A DNA stretch of 53,652 nucleotides, filler included, from Sphacelaria rigidula (Eukaryota): NCBI GenBank assembly GCA_964200075.2. It is 3 parts of 3 records of this genome, joined end to end, with 100 filler letters (N's around TTAATTAATTAA, not from the genome) between each part and the next. Parts side by side here need not be neighbours in the genome. Positions count along the whole stretch, not along the records: positions 35,842 to 53,652 come from CAXNAA020000987.1; 2 more parts are not named here. The stretch is one strand, 5' to 3'. This document shows, piece by piece, positions 35,846 through 47,993 of the stretch. Position numbers and translations under genes: made by a program. Under the pieces are notes generated by a model, which saw only the letters and a list, made by a program, of their open reading frames with translations, did no database searches and had not been told where the DNA came from. Every line of letters begins with the position of its first letter. The first letter of the stretch is position 1.

Positions 35846-36894
35846 GTGTACCAGCCTCCCCTCGCTTTGGTTCCAGGGGAGAAAGTGAAGGTCCACGTCA
35901 ACAAACCTCTCTTGTTCCAGATGGTCGACCCCAACGACCTCACCGTCGTCGCACGTAGTACCCGCTATGAACTCTCCGCCGCTATCGGGTCGAGGTTTGT
36001 TGGCCGCGTGTGGGACGACACCGCTGTAGATCCCTCCTTTTCAAGGACGCGGCTGACATGCTTGCGCCGCCGTTCCACTGAGGCAAGCCCGTGGACCTGC
36101 TGAAGCGAGTTGCCGGCGACGACAGTGGGCTGCCCCCCGGCAACAAAGCGACAGTTCCAACGCCGGCGGGTTTTGTGTTTCGTAAGCGCGCGGACACTTG
36201 GACAGAGATTCGCGCCCGAGCAATCAAGGCGGGGCTATCGGAGATGAGCAGACGTGAGGATATCAATGAGGCGCGAGAGGCTAAGCGCCTGAAGATGATG
36301 GTAAACCAGACGAATAACGCTTCGAAAAGCATCGACGAGGACGAGGGGGGGATGTTGGCCAGCGATGATGCGGGGAAGAGGACAGAGGAAGAGCTATCCC
36401 CCGAGAAGAGAGCTGGGATGCTTGTGGATGACGCGGTCGCGCGGTTCCGGAATCCCAGCTTGAAGCCTCCTGATGTCCCCTCGCAGGAGGCCCTCAGGTA
36501 CTGGGCGCGGCAGGGAAAGATTCACTTCAGACTCTTGCGCAGTGTAGCGCAGCAGAGGTACGGTATTCAAGCTTCTGCAGCACAGATCGAGCGTGACTTC
36601 GGTGGCGCGGGGCAGCTTGTGTTCAGCCGGAAAAGCCGCCTCGACGGTTTCTACGTTGAAATGTTGCTGTTCCTTCACCTCAACTTCGCCAAGATACCGG
36701 TAGCGGTGCCTGCCCTCACTACCGCATCAATATCATCGTTTACCCCCAAGCGCTTCACTGGGGCCAATCCTGACTTGCGCGAGGCAAACGACTTCATCGG
36801 TCCCATTGGCGCAGCGATCCCAAATGACGTCAAGGACGACCTCGATCATGTTCAGAAGGGGGAGAACGAGAGCCAGGGCGCGAATGGCAGCTGA
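35846..36894 (+). pseudogene. hAT transposase 3' part with C-terminal dimerisation domain; frameshift at about 36040 and in-frame TGA at about 36078
   Basis: ALRYWARQGKIHFRLLRSVAQQRYGIQASAAQIERDFGGAGQLVFSRKSRLDGFYVEMLLFLHLN is a typical hAT dimerisation domain; the 5' part is lost in the assembly gap. Confidence 0.88.
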
Positions 36895-37827
36895 TGGGGC
36901 GTGCGACATGCCTGCGCCCACATGCTATTGGAGCGATGCGAATAGCATGATATTTGCCAAGCTTTGTTTTCGTTCTCTACGTGCAATACGTGGGACTCTT
37001 CTTTCTTGCTGCTGTTGGACATTTGCATGATTTCTCTGTTTTTTATACTCTCCGCCCTGATCACGAGCTGGATTTGTTGCAATCAGCTGACAGGGTTAGC
37101 CACCAAACTCATGGATCGATGATGGGTACCGCGTGGCGATTTTCGTGGTTGTTGACGCGGGTGCAGAGACGAAAGCGCTCTGAAAATAGTGCAGTAGTAT
37201 GTGCGAAGTTGAAATCGAAAAATTCGATTCTCATTTCGAAGAGGTATGACCGACATTCCTGGCACCAACGTATTGCAATAGTGCGTAAGAGCAGGTGCAG
37301 TAGTACGCAAGAGTAGGGTTTGCCCCTTTATGTAGCTGTATATTCTCATTGAGAGTACCCAGCACTCGCGCAGTATTCACGGGATATAAATATGGAAGGT
37401 CATTTCATTGGTATTTCGGCACCTTGTTGTGTATTTTTTATGCCTCCTGGGACCCCTGCTTTTTTTCGTTTTTGTTCGTTTTCTGCTTGTTCGCTTGCAC
37501 GCGTATTATTGTTGTGCATGATGCTCATCTTCGACATGAAACAATGCATACCTTCGTAACGATGATATAATATTTGTATCCACACAACAAAACCATCAGA
37601 CTACATAACAATAAGTTCATTCGAATTGATCCAAACTCGAAAATCAGGGTAAATCTGGGTATCAATTACCCGTGAACAACAAGACGTCCTACTCCGACAG
37701 CTTCTGGCCTTAGCGTGAGTTGGCACCAGCTGCTGCACCGTGGAGAGTGTATCGCGTTCGGTGAATACCGAGTATACCCCCGGTATTTACTAGAGTACCC
37801 CGTACCGTGGTATGCGTAGGTATCGTA

Positions 37828-38993
37828 CAAGCTCGGCCGCCTAAGAAGCTCACTTTTCTTCAGCCCGTTTGAACTGACGATGGATCGCCAGTTGTGCCTA
37901 CCATGACACATCGTGGTAATCGGCAAATCAGCGCGCGTCTTCAAATTCATGTAGCACTGCGATCCAGCAAGGTCTCATGCAAACAAAATACCAGACTGTA
38001 GTCAAGTGCGAAAGTGCAGAGAGTTGAGGGTACCATGTGCGGCGGATTTAGCCAAAAGAAAACGGTTAAAATTGGATTTTCGGTTACAGTCGATTGTTCC
38101 GCGCGGTGCCGCACGAGCTGCGATCGTACAACAACACATGTCGCGCTAGGCGCGCAGTATCTAAGAGGGCACGCAAACGAGGTCCCAGCGCGCCAAGGCG
38201 TCTAGTACTAGTGTGCGAACCAACGAGCACTTTGCCAAGACCTCCGAGCCGAAAGGAGAAGGAGACGAGTCGAAGGCGAATTTCCGGCTGAGGTTCCATT
38301 TCCACATAGGAACCGTATTTCGAGAGAATGATGCAATTCCCGAGCTCAATTTTTAATTGTTTTTGATAAAAATTTGTCATGATGTACGGGACGTTTGTGC
38401 CAACACCCCTTACTTCCTCCCGTCTTTTTGTTTTTTTTTCATCGTGAGATTTTGGCAATGGAACATTTCAGAACTTTGGTTTCGAAACAAAATTGCCAAT
38501 GACTCACGAAGAAAGAAAAAAAGAAACATGGGGGGTAAAAAGTGGTCTTCGCACATACGTTCTGTACATCGTGTCGAACTTTCATCGAAAACATGAAATT
38601 GATCAGCACACTTGCGTTTGAAGTATCCGTGGCCGGTCCATCTCCATATACTATTGGAACCGGTTGTCGATGGAATGACGCGAGTCGTGCGCTCAATACG
38701 ATGAAATTTTGACGCGATGTACAGGACGTATGGGCGAATACCAAACCTTTCCCCCCGTTTTTTTTATTTTTTGCCCTACGTGAGTTGTTGGCGACGGAGC
38801 ATTTCAGAACAATGTTTCGCAACCAAATTGCCAACAACTCACGAAGAAAAACAAACAAAAACATGAGGGGAAGGGTTCGTTCTTTGCGCATGAACCCTGT
38901 ACATCGTGTCAAAGTTTGATCGAAAACTATTCAAAATTGAGCGCACGACTCGCGTTTCAACATTCCCGGTGGCACCTTGGGCGGCCCAGCTTG
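37828..38993 (+). mobile_element. Family E non-autonomous element, TA TSD
   Basis: TA|CAAGCTCGGCCGCCTAAG ... CTTGGGCGGCCCAGCTTG|TA; homologous to 47035-47993. Confidence 0.88.
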
Positions 38994-39272
38994 TAGGTGT
39001 CGTAGGTACGAGTTTTGAAAATACCGGATTTGGCGGGCACGGTAGGTACTGAAATCTCGAAATACCGTGGTATCGTAGGTATCGCAGGTACGACATTTGA
39101 AATACCGGGTTCGGCGGTTACGGTAGGTACTGAAATCTCGAAATACCGTGGTATTGCAGGTATCGTAGGTATGGCATTTGAAAATACTGGATTTTGGCCG
39201 GTACGGTAGGCACTGAAATCTCGAAATACCGTGGCATCGCAGGTATCGTAGGTATGACATATGAAAATACCC
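38994..39272. repeat. About 82-bp tandem repeat x3.5 (hAT subterminal)
   Basis: GGTAGG(T/C)ACTGAAATCTCGAAATACCGTGG at 39041, 39122 and 39205. Confidence 0.9.
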
Positions 39273-39409
39273 GATAGGGTCGGTATCGGTAGGGTATGAT
39301 ATGTCCCAAATACCGGTACCGGGTACCTACCTTACCTACGGTGCCTGTGGCACCGACCTGTACAAATTACAAAACTCTCCTTCTTATGAAGCTTGCCATG
39401 CTCATAATA

Positions 39410-42400
39410 TGATCTTGCATCCAGTAGTCGTAAGACTTGCATCCAGTTGTCATAAAACTATTGACCTCACAACCCTATGAAGTCGGACGGAGCACGCCTC
39501 GTTTGTGCCAGCCCAGGCTTGCAATCACCAGGCGCAGAGAGCTGTGGTGTGTTCGGCAAGTCGGATAACGGGTGAGCTGCATTTTACCAACATTGTTTGG
39601 CCCGAACCGTAATAATTATCTTGCCCACGGACGATGGCCTTCGATGAAATTTACGCTCTCTACAGTTTCCAAGAGAGCCAGGGGTTGCACTGCCTCATGG
39701 ATGTCTCGTTGCTCCAGCACCACGTCGTACGATCATCCCAGTTGCACGGAGTTGAGGTCCGCCGACCCGCACGATATGATCTAGCTCGAATGCCATGGAG
39801 GTACCCTGGTTGCCTAGCTCACGCAGTTAATGGCGTTTCTTGCAGCGTCGTTCCCAACCGACGCCAACCCCGCGAAGAGAGATGGGAGGAGAGCGGGTAC
39901 TCAAGATAGCGCAGTTCACTGCAGCATTGAAATGTTATCCGTGGTACATTTCGACTTTACACAAACCAACATCCATGAACCGCTGTCCCTCGCAACTTCG
40001 TAATCCCTGTTGTCCGTGCGGAACTCACTCAAAACGACCGGCAACAACACCGTCACGAGTAAGCTGTGAGTTATCGGCTTGGGCTACGCAGGGATAGCCA
40101 ATCGAATCTCCCCTGAAGTGCTTGGGACCTTCTGCAGTACAGGTTTGGTGCGTAGTGGCCGTGTTCCACGCAAGATGAGATATGAGACATTGCTGTGCCG
40201 TACAAATAGCAGCAGGCATATTCATTTTGTGAGGACGAAAAATTAAGAGCGGTCGGTTCACGCCAATCAGCACAGCGGGAGAAATCACGCCAGTCTATGA
40301 TACGCGGCGTTTATTTGCGGGGAGTTACTGACGTTTCGTTTTTGTTATAATAGCTTGAAAATACCTTTTGACAAGTACCAACCCTGAAGAGAAATCGCGT
40401 TTCCCCCCGAAGCTGTCTAGTGTACTGGGGGTCACCTCGACTTGAGTCGCAGAAGTGAACACTCGAATACGACCACGAAATACCGCATATCCTCTGTGCG
40501 GCGTTAATCATCACGATGATTGAGCTATGTTTTCGAGTAAGCAAATTCGAGATTCCTCGCCTACCGTCGCGTGCCTTGTGCAACGTGTGTGCTTTTTGAC
40601 CTGGACGCTGGAGCTAGTTGTCTGGTGCCTGCAGAAACAATCTCGTCCAAGACCCACATTCGAAGACATGTTTGCCCTAGCTCGCGCTCAGACACGACGA
40701 GGCGAGAGTTCAAGTTACGAACCCTGTGCTCTGGTGGCAATTCCCTTGGACAATGATACCGGGAAAACAAACTCACTTCTCGTTCCGTGCAACCATTCTC
40801 AGAAACAAATGATAGCTCTGGAGTTTTTGCAGCATCTGCATCATCCGGCGTGTTACTCACAGCTGTATCTGCGGAAGGGTCCGCCACCACATCGATCCCA
40901 CTCGTGGGCCAGCGTTCGTGAACCCTTCGTACACGCCGTACCACATGCGATCGTAATATGGTCCCGTTCACGGTCTTCTCGACACATCAAATGTAACTGC
41001 ACCGTGATGTGCTGTACTACAACGACCTTGGCAAGGATATGTGCGCGGCAACAGCCTGACGGGTCCGGATCATCGTACTTCTGTGTAGGCCATGTGTCCT
41101 CCACCAGAACAACTATTCCGAATCCCTCAGAAGACATGCCAACAAAAGGGCACTTGTATGGCCGAATGTTGTAAGAGGGTAGCCATTTACATCACTTTTG
41201 CATGCCGTGTGTCGCCGCAGTGTGCTTACTGGTGGGTGCTCCTCTCCTCTCTAGTACAAGGTGTGCTTGTGTTCCCCAGATGGGCGGGCAGAGCATCCCC
41301 CCGGGAAACGCTTTCTATGGGCGTTTCTTCCGCAACGAGGCCTTCACTCAATGGTACATCAAATTGAATGGTGCAAAATAGCTTATCGGAAAGACATACC
41401 CACACATTCTCCGGGATGGACTGTCTCGGATTGGTGGGGGCTGCCTGAAAGTATCGTATAATGTGAGTCAAATTATTCCTGGGGGCGGCCAGAGAAACAT
41501 TTGCAAGCTACAATCCGTCTCAAGCGTGGGAACATACTGATACCAAGTCGCGGTGCTGTGCGTGCCGCCTGTGGCAATGACTCCCACACCGAATTTGTCG
41601 TACATGCATAGTACTGGTTTTAAATAAAGCACCTTCTCGAGGTATAAAAGATGGACAGCGGGACTTCTCTTGAAAATGGAACATGATTATCCCCCTCCGA
41701 TCTCGGTTTCGAGGCAAAGCATTCCGGGCTGGCTGAAACACGTTCCCTCCCTCCCGAATCCATGGAGTGAAAAACATGAGGTGGAGAATCTCTCATTTTC
41801 TCTAACGTTGCCTGCTTTCCTGACTCGCCACTGTCTCGAAAGTGACGGTTTCACACGATGGGCACCGACACCGTTCAACAAGACTCGCACTTGGCTTCGT
41901 GGGCAGCATGAGCCACTCAGTTCAAAGCTCGCCCAAACGACGCCCGGGTCCTCCATTGTCCCTCACCTCGCTATTTTACCAATGTAAATATTGACAAAGG
42001 AAAACGCGGTAGCGTCAGCAATGTTACTGAACATACTGGTGGCGTTTGCAGATTACAGGAACAGCGGCACACGCAGCTTCATCAAATTGGTCATGCTGTG
42101 GAGCTTGATGTTGCCCGGCCTTATTTCGAACGATTTACCACGGTATACTGTATCGCGGCACACGGAATTTTACATCTACAAATCCCACCATCCTATCATA
42201 CCGACTAATCACAAGCTCGCCCTTGCCATCGACCATAACAGCCCATACTGCGAGTCTCTGGAATCTTACCGTCCGATGTCGCAGATGACCCACACCCCGT
42301 TGTACCGCGCAAGAACCATGAAACAACCATATCAATTCATGAAAATCGTGGAATGCTACCTCGCAGTGATCCATCTCCGTGTGAGCCAAACGTGAGCGCG

Positions 42401-42670
42401 CCGGCGCTTGATCCATGGGTGTGATTCCGAACCATGGCTTTATGTTCCTGTATTCCTCTACTCGAGAGGTTTTGTTGGGATGAGACCGCCGGTCTGAGCA
42501 GTAACATGCTAGAATGCCATGGGCATATACAGGACTATGCGTGGGATACGGATATGTCGATGCTGCACGACACCGTCTCGAGCTTTCATTTCTACGACTT
42601 TTGCTCCGGTCTGGCGACCGCGCCATACAGCAGGGGGTAGTATTTGGTGTGATGGGAAGGCTATCTCTGA
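39410..42670 (+). pseudogene. Field of decayed EsV-1-7-like repeats
   Basis: PARYDLARMPWRYPGCLAHAVNGV at 39766-39837; YFCVGH at about 41075; CMAECCKRVAIY at about 41155; TCIVLVLNKAPSRGIKDGQRDFS at 41602-41670; CLESDGFTRWA..LRGQH at 41832-41910; ICRCCTTPSRAF..PVWRPRHTAGG at 42552-42638. Confidence 0.6.
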
Positions 42671-42672
42671 TA

Positions 42673-44182
42673 CAGTCTGGTTCACGGAAAAAAAAACAAA
42701 TTCTTTCATCAGCAAATGCCTGATGCAATACGCACCCAATAGTCGCATACATGGTATCATACTGACCGCAATGAACAGACGAAGAGGGTGACATAGCCAG
42801 ATTTTTGTTTAAGGCTCTCGCGGTGGCGCTGTGAACAAAAATGTGTCTTGACCTATCAGCGCCTTTCAAACTGTTTCGAAATTGGAAACACGAATTCCAA
42901 GCCCAATTTCCACCGAATCTCCACATGCTTCAAATCGTAGTGATCGTCATCACCTGAAGAATTCAACGGGAGAAACGGATTTGTAAGCAGTTCCAACGGG
43001 GTCAAGTTATACTCGAACCCGAAAGATTTCTGTGATGTGGAGTTTGGCGTCGTCTAATTTCCACTCATGATACGCGGGAAAGTCGCAGGGAGCATCGTGA
43101 TGATTTCCCTTACATTTGTTGTAAAGAAGCTCAGATCATCTTCAAACTTGGCAGTTCCGTAGGTATTAATGCTCCGAATGGAGAAATTGTGTTCTTGGGC
43201 AAGGGTTCAAAGTTTCTCCGCTCTCTACCGCCTTCCGGGGGTCCCAGTACAAAGACCCCCGGAAGGCGGTACAGAATGACCCCAAAAAAAAATGATGCGT
43301 CCCGGGATGGTCCAAGGAACACATGTCCGAAGTTTGGTGGAGAAACTCGGAAACGTCATACAATTGCTGCCTTGACGTAAAACTCACCCTGAAAGATGCC
43401 TTCATACTCAAACCAAGTAGTTAGGAACTTGCACGTTTAAAGCTCACATCCTCGCACAAACGCGCAAATCTTCACGCATTTACTAGGGGTTAGACCCTGA
43501 AACTTTACACAAATGTGCTATGAATCATGACGCAAGTTCCGATCGAAGAGGTTTTCCTAATTGTTGGATTTCTTACCATTTTTCGGGGGTCCGACGGGAT
43601 CCACGACGTTTTTTCGGAGTCGTCCATTGTGGGACCCCGGAAATCTGGCGCTACGGTCTTTTTTTCATTTTTTTCGCGAACGCTCTGTCGCCGGAAAACC
43701 TAAGGAAGAACCGCACAAAGTTTCGTGGCGAAACACGATTAACTGGTGCTTGAAGTTTCATGTCCACGTCAAAGGCCCAAGAATGCAATTTTAATACTAA
43801 AATCTTGTAGTTTGCCGTTTCACCGTGGCACGGCAAGGTTCATCACACAAACGCAAAACACCTCACGCCGCTTCAAGGAGTCAGACCCTGAATTTTTGCA
43901 CAATTATGCTATGGGTCATTACGCAACTTTGGATAAGCTAGGGTTTTTGATTTTTTCCTCCTCTATCGTTTCACGGGAGTCCGACTGGATCGAACTTTCC
44001 CCGAAAAAACTGGGACCCCGGAAAAACGGGGGAAAAGTGAAGAAGTAGATAAAAGAACCTCACACTTGGAAAGTTGCGAAATGGCCCATAGAACACCTGT
44101 GCAAAATTTCAGGGTCTAACTTCCTTCAATGGCGTGAAGTTTTGCCGATGAGTGTTTTTTTTTTTTTCCGTGAACCAGCCTG
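42673..44182 (-). mobile_element. Family B copy 2 (inverted)
   Basis: TA|CAGTCTGGTTCACGGAAAA ... TTTTCCGTGAACCAGCCTG|TA; body is the reverse complement of copies 1 and 3. Confidence 0.88.
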
Positions 44183-45173
44183 TATCATGTTTGCTGTCCC
44201 GAGTAGGGTAGCCTCGCATATCTTGCTAGAGGTGCTTGCCATTCCCTTTTCCGGGATGGTGATGCATTCATGTCTGTAGGCCACTCTTACAGCGATGGTG
44301 AATGTCTTCCCTCGATCGTCCTCCTCTCAGGAATCCACACGTCGGACGTCACACAGGTGGAGTGTGAACACATGAGTGTACATAAGTCCAACAACACAGT
44401 GCAACTAGCTTTAGAACGGTTCTCGTGTTTCGGGTATCATCGATCACTAGGGAGGTATCTTGTACGAGCTCATGAGGGTACCCAGGTTGTTGTTGTTTAG
44501 AGTACATCTGATTTGGATTACACAAGTGAAGGGGATCTACGGATTCCACAGGTGAGGGGTAGCTTTTGACATCACGCAGGTCGACGGGAAGCTGCTGCGT
44601 TTGTCTGAGTCGCGTAATATAGACAACAACTATGTGATATATGTTGTACAAATGGGACAGTTCTGCAGATCAGTTGTACACGAAAGTGTGTGTGAAGCCG
44701 GTCGTATAGCTCGTCGCTTGGCAAATATATACGGGTCAAGCGAGACTTACAGATCATTATCGAATAAGCGTGCGCGGGTGACGGTACACCTCGGTAAGGT
44801 CACGATATATGCCTCGAATGATCCGACCCGGATCTGTCACGAACTGATCTGTCCGACATGTGCAAGGATCCAACTGGATCATATCGTGAGTGCTTCGTGT
44901 TTTCATGCCCCTGAGTCATAGCCCACGTTCTGACAGTCCCCGACTTGCTGGAGAAGCACAACAAAGCTCCGGAGAGCAACCGTCATGCCGCTGCCGTTGG
45001 TGATGGTGGTCAAGCGTTCACGTCGTCGGTGCCCCGATCGGAAAGTTTCGAGCCTCCGTCAGCAACGACAGCAACATGACGGTCAAGGTGCATGCCACGT
45101 CCCAAGACTTGATACGCGGCTCCAGTGATTGAGTCGGTACGCAACGTAGGAGAGCTGACTCCGGTCGTCGCTA

Positions 45174-46662
45174 CAGGCTGGTTCACGTTGATCACCCAAA
45201 AAACACTCATCTGCAAAACCTCACGCCGTCTTCAGGAGTTATACCCGGAGGTTTTGCACAAATGTTCTATGGGTAACTACGCAACTTTCGAAGATTTTTT
45301 TTCTTCCTTCATTTTTTTCCTTTTTTTACCGTTTTTCGGGGGTCCCAGTTTTTTGGGGAAACCTGGACCCAATCGGGCCCCCGTAAAACGGTAACAAAAA
45401 AAAAACGTTCATCCACAGTTGCGTACTAACCCGAAGCACAGTTCTACAAAATTTCAGGATCTAACTACTTCAAACGGCGTGAGCTTTATCGCTCTCGTGC
45501 GATGAGCTTTGCCGTGCCGCGGTAAAACCGCAAACTACTTGATTCTAGTACCAAACCGGTGTTTTCGGGCCTTTGACGTGAACATGGAAATTCAAGCATC
45601 AGTTGATCGAGTTTTGCGACGAAAATTTGTGGAGCCCATCCTTTGGTTAAGCGGAGGCAAATAGTTCGCGAAAAAACGAAAAAACAATATCGTAGTGCCA
45701 TTTTTCTGGGGTCCCAGAATGGAGACTACTTCGAAAAACGACTTCGATCCCGTCGAACCCCCGAAAAACGGTGAAAAACTCAAGAACCAAAAAAACAATC
45801 GTCCGTAGAAAGTTGCGTAATGACACATCGTATATATATGCAAATCTTCAGGATCTAACTCCTAGTGACAGCGTGAAAGTTTGCGCATTTGTGGATGACG
45901 TGGGCTTGAAACGTGCAACTCCTAACAACTTGGTTCTAGTATGGCAACGTCTTTTGGGGTGAATTTGACGTCAAGATAAGAAAATCTGTATGAGGTTTTC
46001 GATTTTCTCCACCAAACGTTGTACATGCGTTCCTTGGACTCTCCCGGGATGCATCATTTCATTATTTTTCTTTCAGAGCATTATGTACCGTCTTCCGGGG
46101 GTCTTCATACTGGGACCCCCGGAAGCCGGTATAGAACGGAGAAACCATGATGCATGGTCGAGAATACAATTTTGCCATTTTGAGCATCAATACCTGCGGA
46201 ACTGCCGAGTTTGAGCGCGATCTAAGCTTTTCTACAATAGATATACGGGACACCGTCACGAGGCTCCCTGGGTCTTTTGTGCGTATCACTAGTGGAAATT
46301 AGACGACGGCAACACCCGACATCACCGAAACATCACGGTTTCGGGTATAATTCGACCCCCCTAGTAAGCATTTTGAGAATATTATTTTCTCGTGAGATTC
46401 CCGTATCGATGACGGCTCCTACGATTTGAAGCATGTAGAGATTGGGTGAGAATTGGACTTGGTATTTGTAAACTCGATCTCGGAACAGTTTGAAGGGCGC
46501 TGATTGGCTGAGACATATTTTCGTCCAGAGCGCCACCGCTACGGCCTTGAACAAGAATTTGGCTATGTCACCCTCTTCGTCTCTTCATTGCGGTCAGTAT
46601 GATACCATATTGGCGACTATTGGGTGCGTATTGCGGAAGGGACTTGCTGATGACACAGCCTG
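45174..46662 (+). mobile_element. Family B copy 3
   Basis: TA|CAGGCTGGTTCACG ... CAGCCTG|TA; collinear with copy 1. Confidence 0.88.
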
Positions 46663-46768
46663 TATGTGTAAGGAGTTGTCGATCGTGAGGGTGTGGATTA
46701 CGGTACAGAGGCAAGGACAAACAAAAAAGTCACCCCGGGCGCATAAGTCTCGAACCTTTTGAACCCCA

Positions 46769-46910
46769 CACACCCTGGACATCAGATTACACCGTCACAA
46801 GTGTGTACTGCGTGGAGTCTCGACTGGTGTGTCTATTGCAATAGACTATGGATTTTATATTGTACGCAGCACACGTTCCGACAATGTCATCATCTACTGT
46901 CCAGGGTGTG
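46769..46910. mobile_element. MITE family F copy
   Basis: CACACCCTGGACA / TGTCCAGGGTGTG; TSD degraded; a further remnant at about 10260-10399. Confidence 0.78.
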
Positions 46911-47034
46911 TAAACTCCAACCAAGGAAAATCCACAGCCCCATAAAACCGTGACCTCGATACATCACATACTCGTAGTGCTGGATCGTTGTCGCTCGATT
47001 GTCGCTGTTCCTTGCATTCCGTACTTCTCACCTA

Positions 47035-47993
47035 CATTTCGTGTTTTGTTCCGAAAAAAACTGTTCTGAAATGTTTGGTCGCCGATAACTCACGGAGAAA
47101 AAAAATGTAGGGGGGAAAAAGTGGCGTCTTGGCACATACATCCTGTACATCGTGTCAAACTTTTATTGAAAACAACCTGAAATCCAGCTGCTAAATCACG
47201 TGTCCGTGTCCAAGACTGGTTCTTGTGTGGAGATGGACCAGCCACGAAAAAACGAAATGCGGTAATGCTGTTGAATTTCAGGTATTTTTTCACGAAATTT
47301 CGACACGATGCGCATGATGTATGTTTGTACTGCCGATTGTTCCCCCTTGACATTTTTTTTAATCAGTTGTCGACGCTTTTGTACCAGAAAAAATTGTTCC
47401 GAAATGTAGATCACCAAAATCATACGAGGGGGAAAAAATAGAAGATCAAACGGTAGGAGCTTTACATACACCCAATGAATGTCGTGTCAAAATTTCATGG
47501 AAAGTAACTTGAAATTGAGCAGTGAAATCGCGTTTTTCTGTCGAGAATCGGTTCACTTGCGTTTAGATTACAACAACCTCAGCCGGAACTTTGACGTACT
47601 TTCTACAAGCCCGACGCCTTGGGGCGCTGGAGGTCTCGTCTGCGTGCCACCTCAGACCCTGCGCGCGTGCAGTACATGAATTTTTGTACAACCACAACCA
47701 GTGCAGCGCCATCACTTTGCCGCCGCGGCACAACTGATTGTAACCGTCAATGCGATTTCAGCGTTTTTCCCCTAGTTCCGCCGCACATGCCACCCTCAAC
47801 TCTCTACACTTCGCAGCCGACTATAGTTTGGTATTTGATTTGATGGGAACTTGTCAGATTACAGTGCTACGTGAAGTGAAACACGCGCATTGATTTGCAG
47901 ATTACCACGATGTGTCATAGTAGGCACAACTCGCGATAGATCGTCAGTCAGACCCGGCTGAAGGAAAGTCCGCTTCTTAGGCGGCCCAGACTG
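47035..47993 (-). mobile_element. Family E copy 2, inverted and truncated
   Basis: Ends CTTAGGCGGCCCAGACTG|TA; reverse complement aligns with 37828-38820. Confidence 0.82.

Larger units (their letters stand above)
35842..39360 (+). mobile_element. Right part of the hAT element carrying the transposase
   Basis: GGTA/TACC-rich subterminal repeats from about 37800, interrupted by family E, ending GGCACCGACCTG. Linkage to the transposase is inferred from position. Confidence 0.6.

Noticed and set aside
38994-39272. CRISPR-like array
   Set aside because: Whole units are similar, with no unique spacers and no cas genes; it fits hAT subterminal tandem repeats.
42135-42926. 263-aa minus-strand ORF
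   Set aside because: Crosses a transposon boundary, has no recognisable domain, and is antisense to ghost repeats.
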